A stretch of DNA of 64,000 nucleotides from Octopus vulgaris (GCA_951406725.2 OX597837.1:23436001-23500000), one strand, 5' to 3'; positions 13,365-28,030 are shown, counted from the stretch's first letter. A program made the numbers and translations. Notes: generated from the letters alone by a model not told the origin.

Positions 13365-13855
13365 GATGGCATGCAGGTGTTAATGAATGGTTGAATGATC
13401 AAATCCATGCTTCTCTCCTAGTTCATCAACAGTTGTGATGGGATTTTGTTCCACCAGGGTTTGCAGAACATCCTCATCAAGCTCTACAGACCTTCCATAA
13501 CAAGGCTTGTCTTCTAGGCTGTAGTCTCTGACACAGAATTTCTGGAACCACCATTGACACTGTCTTACGCTTATTGTCCAATCCCCATATACTGCATTAA
13601 TATTCCTCACACTTTCCATTCTGTTGTTGCCTTTATTGAACTCATAAAGCAAAATATGCCAAATATGCTCCATTGTCACTTCCATTATAGCTTTAAAAAA
13701 ATAAGTGTTAAAATCGAACTGCACTCTTCAAAACTTGCACTAAGAATAAGGTCATGGTAGAGTTACTACCTGCTTTTATAGCAAGTTTATCGTGTCCCCC
13801 TCTGACCTTTAGTTCATGCAATTGGAAAAGCCACATTATTTCTGGGATGACCCAA
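13365..13855 (-). mobile_element. Mariner transposon 5' half, same family
   Basis: ORF 13380-13724 MEVTMEHIWHILLYEFNKG...WFQKF...SLEDKPCYGRSVELDED (mariner HTH). TIR ends gatgacccaa|ta at 13855. Confidence 0.88.
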
Positions 13856-13921
13856 TACATACTGACATTTATGGTGGTTCCCCAGCATGGCCGCAGCTCT
13901 TCAGCTGAAACTAGTAGAGAA

Positions 13922-14062
<141 letters not shown>

Positions 14063-14344
14063 TATGTATGGTAAATATATCACATTGACTGCTTCAGTAT
14101 TGTTATATAACATTTAGCAAATTAATTAATTAATCTATTAAGTAATTAGTTAGTTAATTGTTTTATCAAAGGTCCTTCAACTGAGCCTTTGACCTTATTG
14201 ATAGCAATACGTCCTGGATAGAATTAATTCTTCAATACTAGCAATCTGCAATTCATTTCTTGGAATGTCATGGTTAATATTTTGTGTCATGTAATTTTGT
14301 TTATGGTGATAATGTATAAATTGCACATGTATGTTTCATCTGTC

Positions 14345-14701
14345 ATCTTTTACTTGTTTCAGTCATTAGGCTGTGGCCATACTGGAACACCACCTTGAAG
14401 AATTTTCAGTTGAATGTATTGATCCCAGGACTTATTTTTTTTAAAGCCTGGTACTTATTCTATCAGTTGCTTTTGCTGAACTGCTAACTTAACAGGGATG
14501 TAAACACACCAACACTGGTTGTCAAGCAGTGGTGGGACACATACACAGACACACACACACACACAGACAGACAGACAGACACACACACAGACACACACAC
14601 ACAGACACTCACACACGGACACACACACAGACACACACACACAGACATACACACACACAGACACACACACACAGACACACACACACAGACACACACACAC
14701 A

Positions 14702-14756
<55 letters not shown>

Positions 14757-14796
14757 ACACAGACACAGACACAGACACAGACACACAGACACACAC

Positions 14797-14831
<35 letters not shown>

Positions 14832-14995
14832 ATGGGTTTCTTTCAGTTTCTGTCTATAAAATCCACCCACAAGGCTTTGGGCAGCCCAGGACTGTAGTAG
14901 AAGACACTTGCCCAAGGCACCACATGGTGGGATTGAAATGGAAAACATTTAGTTAGGAAGCAAGCTTCTTACCACACAGTCACATCTATGCCTAT
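14345..14995 (-). mobile_element. SINE family O with the internal microsatellite expanded to ~290 bp
   Basis: Both halves flank (CA)/(CAGA) at 14540-14830. Confidence 0.8.
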
Positions 14996-15276
14996 GTATA
15001 TATAATTTTTAATTGTGGTTATATATCTACTTTTGTATATGACAACAAGTATGGATGTGTGGGTGGATGAGAGAGAGAAAGAGAGAGAAAGAGAAGGAGA
15101 GAGAGAAAGAGAGAGAGAAAGAGAGAGGGAGGGAGAGAGAGATTCATTGTAGTTGTTATGTTGTTGACTTGCTTTTGTTGTACTTAGAGCTTCAGATTAC
15201 AATATTGCTGCAAGTGTGTGTGTGTGTATGAGTATGTGTGTCTGTGTATGTGTGTATGTATGTATGTATGTATGTA

Positions 15277-15313
<37 letters not shown>

Positions 15314-15344
15314 ATTTGACTGTGTATATGTGTGTGCATGTGTA

Positions 15345-15590
15345 TCATCATCATCGTTTAGCGTCTGTTTTCCATGCTACCATGGGTTGGATGGTTCGAC
15401 TGGGGTCTGGGAAGCCAAGAGGTTGCTCCAGGTTCCAATCTGATCAGGCACTGTTTCTACGGCTGGATGTCCTTCCTAATGCCAACCACTCTGTGAGTGT
15501 AGTGGGTGCTTTTTACATGCCACCAGCACAGGTGCCAGGTAAGGCTGGCAACAGCCACGATCGGTTGGTGCTTTTTACATGTCACCAGCA
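15345..15590 (-). mobile_element. RTE LINE 3' tail with 2 array units
   Basis: Reverse complement of the tail: atcatcatcgtttagcgtctgttttccatgct...gatgtccttcctaatgccaaccact. Confidence 0.85.
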
Positions 15591-15622
15591 AAATAAAAAG
15601 TGTATATATATATATATATATA

Positions 15623-17122
15623 TAGAATCGAGGGGCCTTAGAGTCAACCTAGCTAAAACCCAAGTACTAATAAGTAGAAAGGTAGAAAACCCACAAATAT
15701 CCTCAGGAAGATGGCCCTGCTCGATCTGTAGAAAAGGTGTAGGTAGAAACTCTATAAGATGTACCCAGTGTAAGCTATGGACACATAAGAGGTGCAGCAA
15801 TGTCAAAGGTAGGCTAACTGGGAAGATAGTTTTTGTATGTGGCAGGTGCTCTGGAGCATTGACCTCCGAAAATCTGCAGAAAACAACTTCTGTCACTTTC
15901 CGGGGGGAAAAACTAGAAGTAGTTGATAGCTTCCGCTATCTAGGTGACCAAGTCAGTAGTGGGGGTGGGTGCGCTGAAAGTGTAACTGCTAGAATAAGAA
16001 TAGCCTGGGCAAACTTTAGGGAGCTCTTACCTCTGCTGGTGACTAAAGGCCTCTCGCTCAGAGTAAAAGGCAGACTGTATGATGCATGTGTACGAACAGC
16101 TATGCTACATGGCAGTGAAACATGGGCCGTGACTGCTGAGGACATGCGTAAGCTCGTGAGGAACGAAGCCAGTATGCTCCAATGGATGTGTAATGTCAGT
16201 GTACTTACTCGACAGAGCGTTAGTACCTTGAGAGAAATGTTGTACCTAAGAAGCATCAGTTGTTGTGTGCAAGAGAGACGATTGCGCTGGTATGGTCATG
16301 TGGCGAGAATGGATGAAGATAGGTGTGTGAGAAAGTGCCAATCCCTAGCAGTTGAGGGAACCCGTGGAAGAGGTAGACCCAGGAAAACCTGGGACGAGGT
16401 GGTGAAGCACGACCTTTGGACGTTAGGTCTCACCATGGAAATGACTAGAGACCGAGACCTATGGAAGTATGCTGTGCGTGAGAAGACCCGGCAAGACTAG
16501 TGAAGCCATAATCCGTGGCCCCTACCTGGGACGTAGTCAGTCCACCTGTGCATACCTTCCTTCTTGTGACACTTGTGAAGACCTGTTGAGGCAAGTGAGA
16601 ATCGAATCGTATCGAATCAAATCGAACCAAATCAAAATAGATGAACATCAATGGAATTTGTATCCTTGTGGTACCAGTGCCGGTGGCACATAAGAAAACC
16701 ATCCGAACGTGACCGTAGTCAGTACCGCAATGACTGGCCTCCGTGCTGAGGGCACGTAACAAACACCATCCGAGTGTGGCCGTCCGCCAGCCTCGTCTGG
16801 CACCTGTGTCGGTGACACATAAGAAAACACCATCCGAGCGTGGCCGTCAGCCAGCCTCGTCTGGCACCTGTGTCGGTGGCACATAAAAAACACCATCTGA
16901 GCGTGGCCGTCTGCCAGGCTCGTCTGGCACCTGTGTCGGTGGCACATAAAATCACCCACTACACTCTCGGAGTGGTTGGCGTTAGGAAGGGCATCCAGCT
17001 GTAGAAACACTGCCACATCTGACTGGCCTGGTGCAGCCTTCGGGCTTCCCAGACCCCAGTTGAACCGTCCAACCCATGCTAGCATGGAAAGCGGACGTTA
17101 AACGATGATGATGATGATGATG
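15623..17122 (+). mobile_element. RTE LINE 3' fragment (open PHD/C-terminal frame, 5 array units, tail)
   Basis: C-terminal part of ORF 15238-16500 (ESRGLRVNLAKT...PHD...FRYLG...RGRPRKTW), close to 59025-59903. Array at 16670-16960; (GAT)n tail at 17104-17122. Confidence 0.92.
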
Positions 17123-17153
<31 letters not shown>

Positions 17154-17285
17154 TAATATTTTATTATATATATATATATATATATAATAAAATATTTGGG
17201 TTGATTCATTCAACTAAAAATTCTCTGAATGAAGCTCCAGCATGACCACAGTCTAATGAGAGAAACAAATAAAAGACAAGTAAAA

Positions 17286-17397
<112 letters not shown>

Positions 17398-17569
17398 CAT
17401 CCACACACATACGACACCTTTCAGCTTCTATCTACAAAATTCCCTCACAAGACTTTGATCGGCCCAAGGTTATAGTAGAAGACACTTGTCCAAGGTACCA
17501 TGCAATGGGACTGAACCTGCAAGCATATTCTTGAGAAGAAAACTTCTTGGCACACAGCCATGTCTGTGC

Positions 17570-18002
<433 letters not shown>

Positions 18003-18509
18003 GTGTGGGTGTATGTGTATGTGTGTGTCACAATAAAGTAGAACATCTGTTTCAAAACATGATTTTGCAACAAGAATTTTGCAACCTGAATTTATAAATA
18101 GCTGAAAAAAATATTCACAATACATTCAGTAGAGTTTATTGATTTGCTTGCAAAGAGGTGATGAACAATGACGAGAGGAATATTGAGTGAAGCCTAGTAA
18201 CCAGTTGATCTAGCAAGTTGGGCCTCATATCAGTGAGAGGGTAGTGTGGTGCACAATAATACCATTCAGAAGAAGGGATTCTCTCTTGCTAGAGTCCAGT
18301 ATGCGGAACTTTCAGCTGGTAGCATGTGTATCTTTAAGCTGTTTGCAAATAATAAAAGCTTCATCCAGATATAAATTTTATATTATTTGATGCTCTGTCT
18401 GTAAAACGTCAAATTGGAGATATCTTACATGTTTCTCTTACTTGTACAATTTTGTAACTCCTATTAGCAAGTGAAACATGTGTAATGGTGGATATATAAT
18501 TATTTATTA

Positions 18510-18908
18510 TTTTATTTGTTTCAGTCATTTGACTGCGGCCATGCTGGAGCACAACCTTTAGTCGGGCAAATCAACCCCAGGACTTATTCTTTGTAAGCCT
18601 AGTACTTATTCTATCGGTCTCTCTTGCCGAACCGCTAAGTTACGGGGACGTAAACACACTAGCATTAGTTGTCAAGCAATGTTGGAGGAACAAACACAGA
18701 CACAGAAACATATACATACACACACACACACACACATATATACGACAGGCTTCTTTCAGTTTCTGTCTACCAAGTCCACTCACAAGGCTTTAGTCAGCCC
18801 GAAGCTATAGTAGAAGACATTTGTCCAAGGTGCTACGTAGGGGGACTGAACCCGGAACCATGTGGTTGGTAAGTAAGCTACTTACCACACAGCCACTCCT
18901 GCACCTAT
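18510..18908 (-). mobile_element. SINE family O
   Basis: Full reverse-complement copy. Confidence 0.85.
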
Positions 18909-19092
18909 ACAATGCCAAAATTTTTTTTCCAATCTCCTGTTTTGATATGTAAGTACACAGTAAAACCATTTCCTAGTATTTTTCAACTCTTATGCATACC
19001 TCACACAATTATGACGTCTTATATAGTTTTGGAGTACTGGAATAAGCAGAGGTGTTTCAAGAGGGGAGAGTTTGGATTTTAAACCTATCTAC

Positions 19093-19184
<92 letters not shown>

Positions 19185-19429
19185 TGTGCGTGCGTAGTTC
19201 AAATTTACAGAAAACAAAACACAAAGACAAGTGAGGATACAACAGGTGTATTAGCTTGATACTCAGGAAGAATGAAAAAGCGTTTGGTGTTTCAAGGCTA
19301 TGCTCTTTGACAGAAAGGACTGAGAGGGAAAAAAATGGAGAGAGAATGAAAAGACAGAGAGTGAAAAAAATGTGTAGGAATTAATGGTTTGATATTTATA
19401 CACACACACACACATACAAATTCGATGAC

Positions 19430-19898
19430 ATCACCACATGTCTAGCACCTGTGCTAGTGGAGCGCTAAGAGCACCAGCCGAGCATGATCGTTGCCAGGGC
19501 CGCTGACTGGCCACTGTGCTGGTGGCACATAAAAAGCACCATTCAAGCGTGATCATTACCAGTGTCGCGTTACTGGCACTTGTGCCGGTGATATATGAAA
19601 AACAACATTTGAGCGAAGGTGTTGCCAGTCCTGCTGGACTGGCTTCTGTGCAGGTGACATGTAAAAAAAAAAACATTTGAGCATGGCTGTTGCCAGTACT
19701 GCCTGACTGGCCCTCGTGCCGGTGGCACGTAAAAGCACCCACTACACTCTCGGAGTGGTTGGCGTTAGGAAGGGCATCCAGCTGTAGAAACTCTGCCAGA
19801 TCAGACTGGAGCCTAGTGCAGCCATCTGGCTCACCAGTCCCCAGTCAAACCGTCCAACCCATGCCAGCATGGAAAGTGGATGTTAAATGATGATGATG
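19430..19898 (+). mobile_element. RTE LINE 3' UTR-only copy (~5 array units + tail)
   Basis: ggcacgtaaaagcacccactacactctcggagtggttggcgttaggaagggcatcc...ccaacccatgccagcatggaaagtggatgttaaatgatgatg. Confidence 0.85.
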
Positions 19899-20209
19899 TG
19901 TGTGTGCGTGTGTGTATGTATGTATATATACTGTTGACTGCATATACTCATCATGTATTGTTCACCAGTAGGCTGCGGTTTAATGCAGTGGGGATGACTC
20001 CCTCATTATGCTGAGTGTTAAAATCACTGACAGGTGAGACAACTCATCTCAAATACCATACGGGAGTGATAGGTACTGATATTTTACCATTTTTGTGACT
20101 TATCAACATCATATACCTGAATCAATGAACAAGCAAAACACATACATTGAGTATGTGCGATTGATAATGTTTACAACACTAGTACTTCTTCTAATTATAT
20201 ATATATTTC

Positions 20210-20778
20210 AAGGCGGCAAGCTGGCAGAAACGTTAGTGCACTGAGCGAAATGCTTAGTGGTATTTCGTCTGCCGTTACGTTCTGAGTTCAAATTCTGCCG
20301 AGGTTGACTTTGCCTTTCATCCTTTCGGGGTCGATTAAATAAGTATCAGTTACGCACTGGGGTCGATATAATCGACTTAATCCGTTTGTCTGTCCTTGTT
20401 TATCCTCTCTGTGTTTAGCCCCTTGTGGGTAGTAAAGAAATAAGTATTTCGTCTGCCATTATGTTCTGAAGTCGACTTTGCCTTTCATCCTTTCGGCGGT
20501 CAATAAATAAAGTACCAGTTACGCACTGGGGTCGATATAATCGACTTAATCCGTTTGTCTGTCCTTGTTTGTCCTCTCTGTGTTTAGCTCTTTGTGGGTA
20601 GTAAAGAAATAGGTATTTCATCTGCCATTATGTTCTGAGGTCGACTTTGCCTTTCATCTTTTCGGGGTCAATAAATAAATTACCAGTTACACATTGGGGT
20701 CGATGTAATCGACTTAATCCCTTTGTCTGTCCTTGTTTGTCCCCTCTATGTTTAGCCCCATGTGAGCAATAAAGAAAT
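20210..20778 (+). mobile_element. SINE family M with its body tandemly triplicated
   Basis: gtatttc.tctgcc...cccttgtgggtagtaaagaaat repeats start at ~20260, 20444 and 20613. Confidence 0.85.
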
Positions 20779-21132
20779 ATATATATATATTTCACTTTGT
20801 ACTTCGAAGAGATGCATAGTACCAGGATTATCAATTTGAGTCAACTATAGCAGACTACGCCAAATTCTTGTCTGAATATCTGCATAAGTAGAGTCTGGAC
20901 CACCTAGTTCCAAGATGTGGAGGATGGACATGGATTCTTCTGGATGAGCAGTAGTGACGGTGTGGGTGGTGCAAGCATACTTTTTGCAGAAATATGGTGC
21001 TGTTGCAATGTAAAAAAGCACCTGTTATGCTCTGTAAAGTGGTTGGCATTAGGAAGGGCATTGAGCAGTAGAGACCATGCCAAAGCAGTCTTCTGGCTCA
21101 GCAGCTCCTGTTAAACCATCCAGTGGACAAAA

Positions 21133-21670
<538 letters not shown>

Positions 21671-22102
21671 TGATATATATTTATTGATGTACACACACAA
21701 CCACCCCCCCCGCACACACACACACACTCTATCTCTCTCCCTCTCTCTCAAAAGATCATGTACAAATTCTCATATTACTACTGCAAGAGGTGACCAAAAT
21801 GTATACAGCACACAACATGGCTGGGACTATGGTTTAGAGTAACAGAATATGAAAAAAACATTAAAACAACTCTTTGGGCAGCTTCTGAAGAGTGGAATTT
21901 CTGATCAATAATTCGTCAATCGGGAGTTGAAATTTCTTTCTATTTTATCTCTTTACGTTGCAATTTCATTTCGTTTTCTTTTTCTTTTTTAACCACTTAA
22001 AAAAAACGTAATGAAAACATATTCATCTTCTTGTTTATAATGTGTAAATGTATGTATGTATGTATGGCTCTGTCTCTCTCTACTTACCTCCCTCTCTGTC
22101 TC

Positions 22103-22247
<145 letters not shown>

Positions 22248-22291
22248 ATATATATATCATATATGTATATGTTTATGTATCTGTGAGTGAA

Positions 22292-22325
<34 letters not shown>

Positions 22326-22427
22326 TACACACACACATATATATAAATATATATATATATATACACATATCCATCTATCTATCTATCTATCTATCTATAT
22401 ATATATAATGTATATATATATATATAT

Positions 22428-23400
22428 CATTATCATCATCATCGTTAACCTTCCGCTTTTCATGCTGGTATGCGTTGGACAATTTGACTGAGGACTGGCA
22501 AACAGATGGCTGCACAAGGCTCCAATCTGATCTAACAGAATTTCTATAGCTGGATGCTCTTCCTAACACCAACCATTCCAAAGTGTAGTGGGTACTTTTA
22601 CGTGCCACTGGCACGAGGGCTAGTCAGGTGGTACTGGCAATGGCCATGCTCAAAAGATTTTTTTATACGTGCCACCTGCCCAGGAGGGTGTTTTTTACAT
22701 GCCACCTGCACAGGAGCCAGTACAGTGGCACTGGCAACGATCTTACATGAATATTTTTCATGTCCCACTGGCACAAGTGTCAGTAAGGTGACGCTAGTAA
22801 TGATCACGCTCGAATGGTGCTTTTTACGTGCCGCTGGCATGGAAGCCAATCAGCTGCTCTGGCAACAATCACGCTTAGATTGTGCTCTTAGCGCTCCACT
22901 AGCATGGATGCCAGTCATCGAATTTGATTTCGATTTCGATTGCCTCATCAGGTTTTCGCAAGCAGAGTTTAGTGTCCAATGAAGAAAAGGTATGCATAAG
23001 TGGGCTGGTTACACCCCTGGCATAGACCACGGGGTATGGTCTCACTTGGCTTGCCGGGTCTTCTCAACCACAGCATATTTCCAAAGGTCTCGGCCTCTAG
23101 TCATTGCCTCGATGAGGCCTAATGTTCGAAGGTCGTGCTTCACCGCCTCATCCCAAGTCTTCCTGGTCTACCTCTTCCACAAGTTCACTCAACTTTTTCA
23201 CACAGCTATCCACATCCATTCTCACCACATGGTCATACCAGCACAGTCATCTCTCTTGCACACAACTTCTGATGCTTCTTAGGCCCAGCTTTTCTCTCAA
23301 GGTACTTACACTCTGTTGAGTATGCACACTGACATTACACATCCATCAGAGCATACTGGCTTCATTCTTTGTGAGCTTACACATGTCCTCAGCAGTCACC
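22428..23400 (-). mobile_element. RTE LINE 3' fragment with ~5 array units
   Basis: Reverse-complement tail, array (ttttacgtgccac repeats) and ORF-end sequence at 23060-23400. Confidence 0.85.
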
Positions 23401-23539
23401 GGTCACATAGGAAGAGAAGAGAGAGCGTTAGAGGCAGAGGGATAGAAGAATTAAGGAGGGGCAAGAAAAAAATGAAAGAGACACAGTGAAGTGAAAGTGA
23501 ACATGAAGAGAAGGCCAGGAAATGTGAGAGAGGGGGAAT

Positions 23540-23619
<80 letters not shown>

Positions 23620-23630
23620 TTATATATGTA

Positions 23631-24427
23631 CTAGCAGCATAGCCCGGCGTTGCTCGGGTATGTAAGAGCCCCTAGTAGGCAACGACTAATCCCAATCTAG
23701 TCCTTTCCCTCTAGGGAACAAAGGCGCATGTGTAGGTTGCAATGTCTTCTCTTCACTCCCAAATAACTATCAATCAGCTATCGATAATTCAACCCAACCA
23801 ATTCCTACCAGGAAGAAATTACATTCGAGACTTTACCCCCAACTTCTGCTAATAGCTGTTGCAGCCACAAGTTATTCGAATACTTTTTTTGTTTAAACTT
23901 TCTTTATAACTACCATCCCAAACGTTTTACCTTAAATTTTTGACGTACCCTAAGGGTCCTCGGACGCTACTTGCAAACTCTTGGTTTATTATAAACCGCT
24001 TTTGTCGTGTGCACCAAAAAACCTTTTCCATTCGTTTGTTCAGTTTGGTCACTTTTGACTTTTTCGTTGTTGTCACTCACATTGCTGCCCGCTTTTTTGC
24101 CGTTTTTGTACATTTTTATACATTTTGGGATACTTACCCCACGTGTTCCGAGAGTTAAAAAGGTCGAGTTGCGTCCCCTAGACAGTCTGTAGAAATGTGT
24201 TGCATATAAAAAGCTTAGATTCTTGACCCAAGTCGAATTTATCGATTTTTTTCAGAACTGGGGGAACTTTTCAAAATTTTCGCTGCGTTAGTTTTGAATT
24301 ATGACATTGGGCTATGTGTGTGTCAAGTTTCATCAGAATCTGTTGAAAGCCGTGGTCAGGGTGAGGGTACAACCTGACAGACACACAGACACACAGACAG
24401 ACAAACTGCCGTTTATATATAGAGAGA
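23631..24427 (-). mobile_element. Non-autonomous Helitron
   Basis: Minus strand begins A|TCtctctatatataaacggcag followed by (tgtc)n, and ends with the hairpin cccgagcaacgccggg then CTAG|T. Confidence 0.8.
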
Positions 24428-24642
24428 TTTCTGTGTCTGTGTTTGTCCCTCCGCAATTGCTTGACAACCGATGTTGGTGTGTTTACATCACTGCAACTTA
24501 GTAGTTCAGCAAAAGAGACCGATGGAATAAGTACTAGGCTCAAAAAGAATAAGTCCTGGCGTTGATTTGTTTGACAAAAGGTGGTGCTCCAGTATGGCCA
24601 CAGTGAAATGACTGAAACAAATAAAAGAATAAAGGAATGAAA

Positions 24643-24687
<45 letters not shown>

Positions 24688-24821
24688 TAAATTAGAGATA
24701 AAACCACTATTAGGCAAATCAAACAATGAAAAACTTAAGCCAATACATAAAATTAATTAATTTATATTATTTTAAATATATATCAAAAGTATTAAAGTTT
24801 AATAAAAGATAATGAGTAAAA

Positions 24822-24891
24822 CACTACGATCGTTTCATAGCTGTCCAATTCGTAATAATTCGAGTTATGGTTACAGTCAATCTTCAGGTAA
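24822..24891 (-). ncRNA. Hammerhead motif, partly degenerate
   Basis: Minus strand: tac-CTGAAGA-ttgactgt...acagctat-GAAAC-gatc-GTA-gtg. Palindromic helix III acgatcgt. Confidence 0.6.
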
Positions 24892-25295
24892 TTGAAATAT
24901 CTAAAATATAATCAGAAATATTTAAACAATATTTTTAATATATAAATAATATAATAATTTTACTTATAATAAACTCTATTATCAAACTAGAAACATAGAA
25001 CTTAACAATTATGATTATATCAAAATCAACTATAATGTTAAATATTAATTTTAATTTATAAGGTAGGAAACCCACCCATAATCTAATATCGGTATTAGTC
25101 TATATCTAATTACATAAATATTTAAAAATGACTAATAAATATAAATTATCAATGAAAATATATAAATGTATATAAATATTATAATTAAGATCTAAAATAA
25201 TCTCTATAAATAAATGTATATATATATATATTTTTATAAAATTTATGAATAAATGAAAGAATGGAGTTGAACGACAAATTAACAAATTTCCTTTA

Positions 25296-25378
25296 TTTTC
25301 GACATATGTTTCGAAGGCTGCATATTCCTAATTGTGAAGGAATAAGGAGTACATTATGCCGCTTTCTCATCAGGAAAA
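25296..25378 (-). ncRNA. Type I hammerhead ribozyme motif, intact core
   Basis: Minus strand: ttttc-CTGATGA-gaaagcggcat...atgcagccttc-GAAAC-atat-GTC-gaaaa. Palindromic helix III acatatgt. Confidence 0.85.
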
Positions 25379-26189
25379 ACAAGGAATTTATGTCAACATC
25401 AAGATTCACAAAAACTTTTAGATGACTGCTCTCACGGAGTGCATAGCGATAATGAGTGTCTCTTTAATATTCCTTTATAAGGAGTGACATCAAACTGGTT
25501 GAATGTAGAAAATTCTAGAAGGTTCTAAAGGTTCAAGAGTTCAAACGAAGTAGGGGGAGAGAGGCCTAAGAAAAGTAAGGTGATTTGGAATGGGTCGTAT
25601 GTATGGTGGGTTTTGTTAAATTCTTTTGTGAATGAGTGTCTGTGTGAGTGAATGAATATAACTGTATTAATACCTATGTGTATGTATGTGTGTGCGTGAA
25701 TGTGTATGTGGATGGGTAGATGTAAAAAAAAAACAGATAGTGGTGTTGTAGCAGATATGTGTCTGTGTGCTTGATTACTATAGATAGAGGAAAAGAGAGA
25801 GAAAAAGAAAGAGGAGGGCGAGGTATTGGGACAAAGGCAAAACAAACCTCAATGGATTGGGTAGTATGTCTTTGAAAGCATAAAAATTTTTTTAAGGGGT
25901 GAAATATATAAATGGAAATATATTAATTAAAATTCAAGGGGGTTATCTATATTAGTCATTATTCATATGAATGAAAGGTGTGTTTTCTCCAGTGCAAGCA
26001 TCTGTAGGACCTCTCGACGATTTCATTTATTCATAAATTTTATAAAAATACACACAAATTTCCACACGAAAACACGTGGTCTCTGCCCTAGGCACGTAAC
26101 TTCAACCGTGTTATTTCTGATGTGAATTTGCTAACCAGGTATTGGTTAAACGAATTATCCATAAAAAGATATTTCATTTTTCTACTCAA

Positions 26190-26217
<28 letters not shown>

Positions 26218-26220
<3 letters not shown>

Positions 26221-26545
26221 AGACGCATGGCTCAGTGATTAGAGTGTCGAACTTATGATCGTGAGGTTGTGAGTTCAAATCCCAGACCGGGCTGCGTGTT
26301 GTGTTCTTGAGCAGGACACTTTATTTCATGTTGCTCCAGTTCACTCAGCTCTAGAAATGAGTTGCGACATCACTGGTGCCAAGCTGTATAGGCCTTTGTC
26401 TTTCCCTTAGATAACATCAGTGGTGTGTAGAGGGGAGGCTGGTATGCATGGGCAACTGCTGGTCTTCCATAAACAACCTTGCCCAGACTTGTGCCTGGGA
26501 GGGAAACTTTCTAGGTGCAATCCTATGGTCAGTCAGGGGGTCTCA
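26218..26545 (+). mobile_element. tRNA-derived SINE family C (tgtgttcttgagcag.acacttt core)
   Basis: A-box tggctcagtgattag, B-box gagttcaaatccc. Reverse copies at 50205-50545, 37345-37524 and 63752-64000. Confidence 0.8.
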
Positions 26546-26606
<61 letters not shown>

Positions 26607-27179
26607 CACACAGTAATCCCTTGATTACATTCCAAAACCTCCCACAGAAATAATTAAAATCTAAAAAAATATAAATACATATCTGCCACGGAAATCCATG
26701 ATATATTGTGGACTCCAGGATATAAATTTACATATATTAGCTAGAAAATTCCGTGATGTACTGAGTGCATGATAAGTGAAACGAAATGTACTGAGTGTGC
26801 AATAGGTGAACCACGATATGGCAAATAATTGCACACATGTACAGCCTCTTTCTTCTAGTCATTTCATCATGTTGAACCATTAATCCTACATGTTTATTTC
26901 TCTCTCTGCTTTTTCATTCTCTCCATTTGTTCCCCTCATCCCTTCCCGTTGAAGAGCATAGGCTTGAAATGTCAAAGACTTTTCTATTCTTCCAGAGCAT
27001 CAAACAAATACACCTGCTTGCTGTTCCCTCACCTGTCTTCATATTTTTTTCTGTAAATTTGAACTACACACACAAACACACACACATTTGCGCATATATA
27101 TATTATGTATATAATCTTCTGCAAATGCCCTGGGCCAACCCAAGTCTTGTGAGTGGATTTGGTGGACAGAAACTGAAAG

Positions 27180-27414
27180 AGGCGGCGATCTGGGGGAAAA
27201 GTTAGCACTCCAGGCGAAATGCATTGTAGTATTTCATCTATTGTTGCATTCTGAGTTCAAATTCTGCCGAGGTCGACTTTGTGTTTCATCCTTTCGGGGT
27301 CGATAAATTAAGTACCAGTTACATACAGGGGTCGATATAATTGACTTAATCCCTTTGTCTGTCCTTGTTTGTCCCCTTCTATGTTTAGCCCCTTGTGGGC
27401 AATAAAGAAATAAG
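27180..27414 (+). mobile_element. SINE family M nested inside a family-O SINE
   Basis: Interrupts ...gaaactgaaaga|...|gaaactgaaagagacctgtcgtat; gaaactgaaagag flanks both sides as a probable TSD. Confidence 0.8.
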
Positions 27415-27824
27415 AAACTGAAAGAGACCTGTCGTATATGTGTGTGTGTGGGGGGCGTGTGTGTGTGTGGGGGGCGTGTGTGTGTGTGAGTGTTGTGTCT
27501 TTGTTTTTGTGTTTGCTCACCACCACACCAACATCACCACCACAACCACTGCCACCACAGCCACCAATGCTGCCACCACCACCACCATCACCACTACCAT
27601 TACTTGACAACCAGTGTTGGTTTGTTTACACCTCATTAGCTAGCAGTTCAGCAAAAGAGATCGATAAAATAAGTGCCATGCTTTAAAAGGAGAACGTAAG
27701 TACTGGGATGTGAGTGGGGTCAATTCATTTGCCTAAAAATCCTTCAAAGAAGTGCTCCAGCATGGCCGCTGTCCAATGACTGAAACAGGTAAAATGTGAA
27801 ATATATGAATGACTGTGCAAGGAA

Positions 27825-27986
27825 ATGTGTGTGTGTGTGTTTGTGTTTGTGCATATGTGTGTGTGTGTGTGCATGCATGTGTATGTGTGCATATGTGTGT
27901 GTATGTGTTTGTGTGTTTGTGTGTGTGTGTTTGTGTGTGTGTGTATGTGTGCATGTGTGTGTGTGCATATGTGTGTGTGTATGTTT

Positions 27987-28030
<44 letters not shown>

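Noticed and set aside
15238-15622. N-terminus of the 420-aa ORF as a real fusion protein
   Set aside because: Chance open frame through a microsatellite, an antisense LINE tail and (TA)n.
18025-18429. Solo LTR (tgtcac...aataaa...atatcttaca)
   Set aside because: TG..CA ends are plausible, but there is no clean TSD and no second copy in the window.
26611-26832. Tigger/pogo-like MITE
   Set aside because: The cagtaatccct start is suggestive, but the right TIR is too degenerate.
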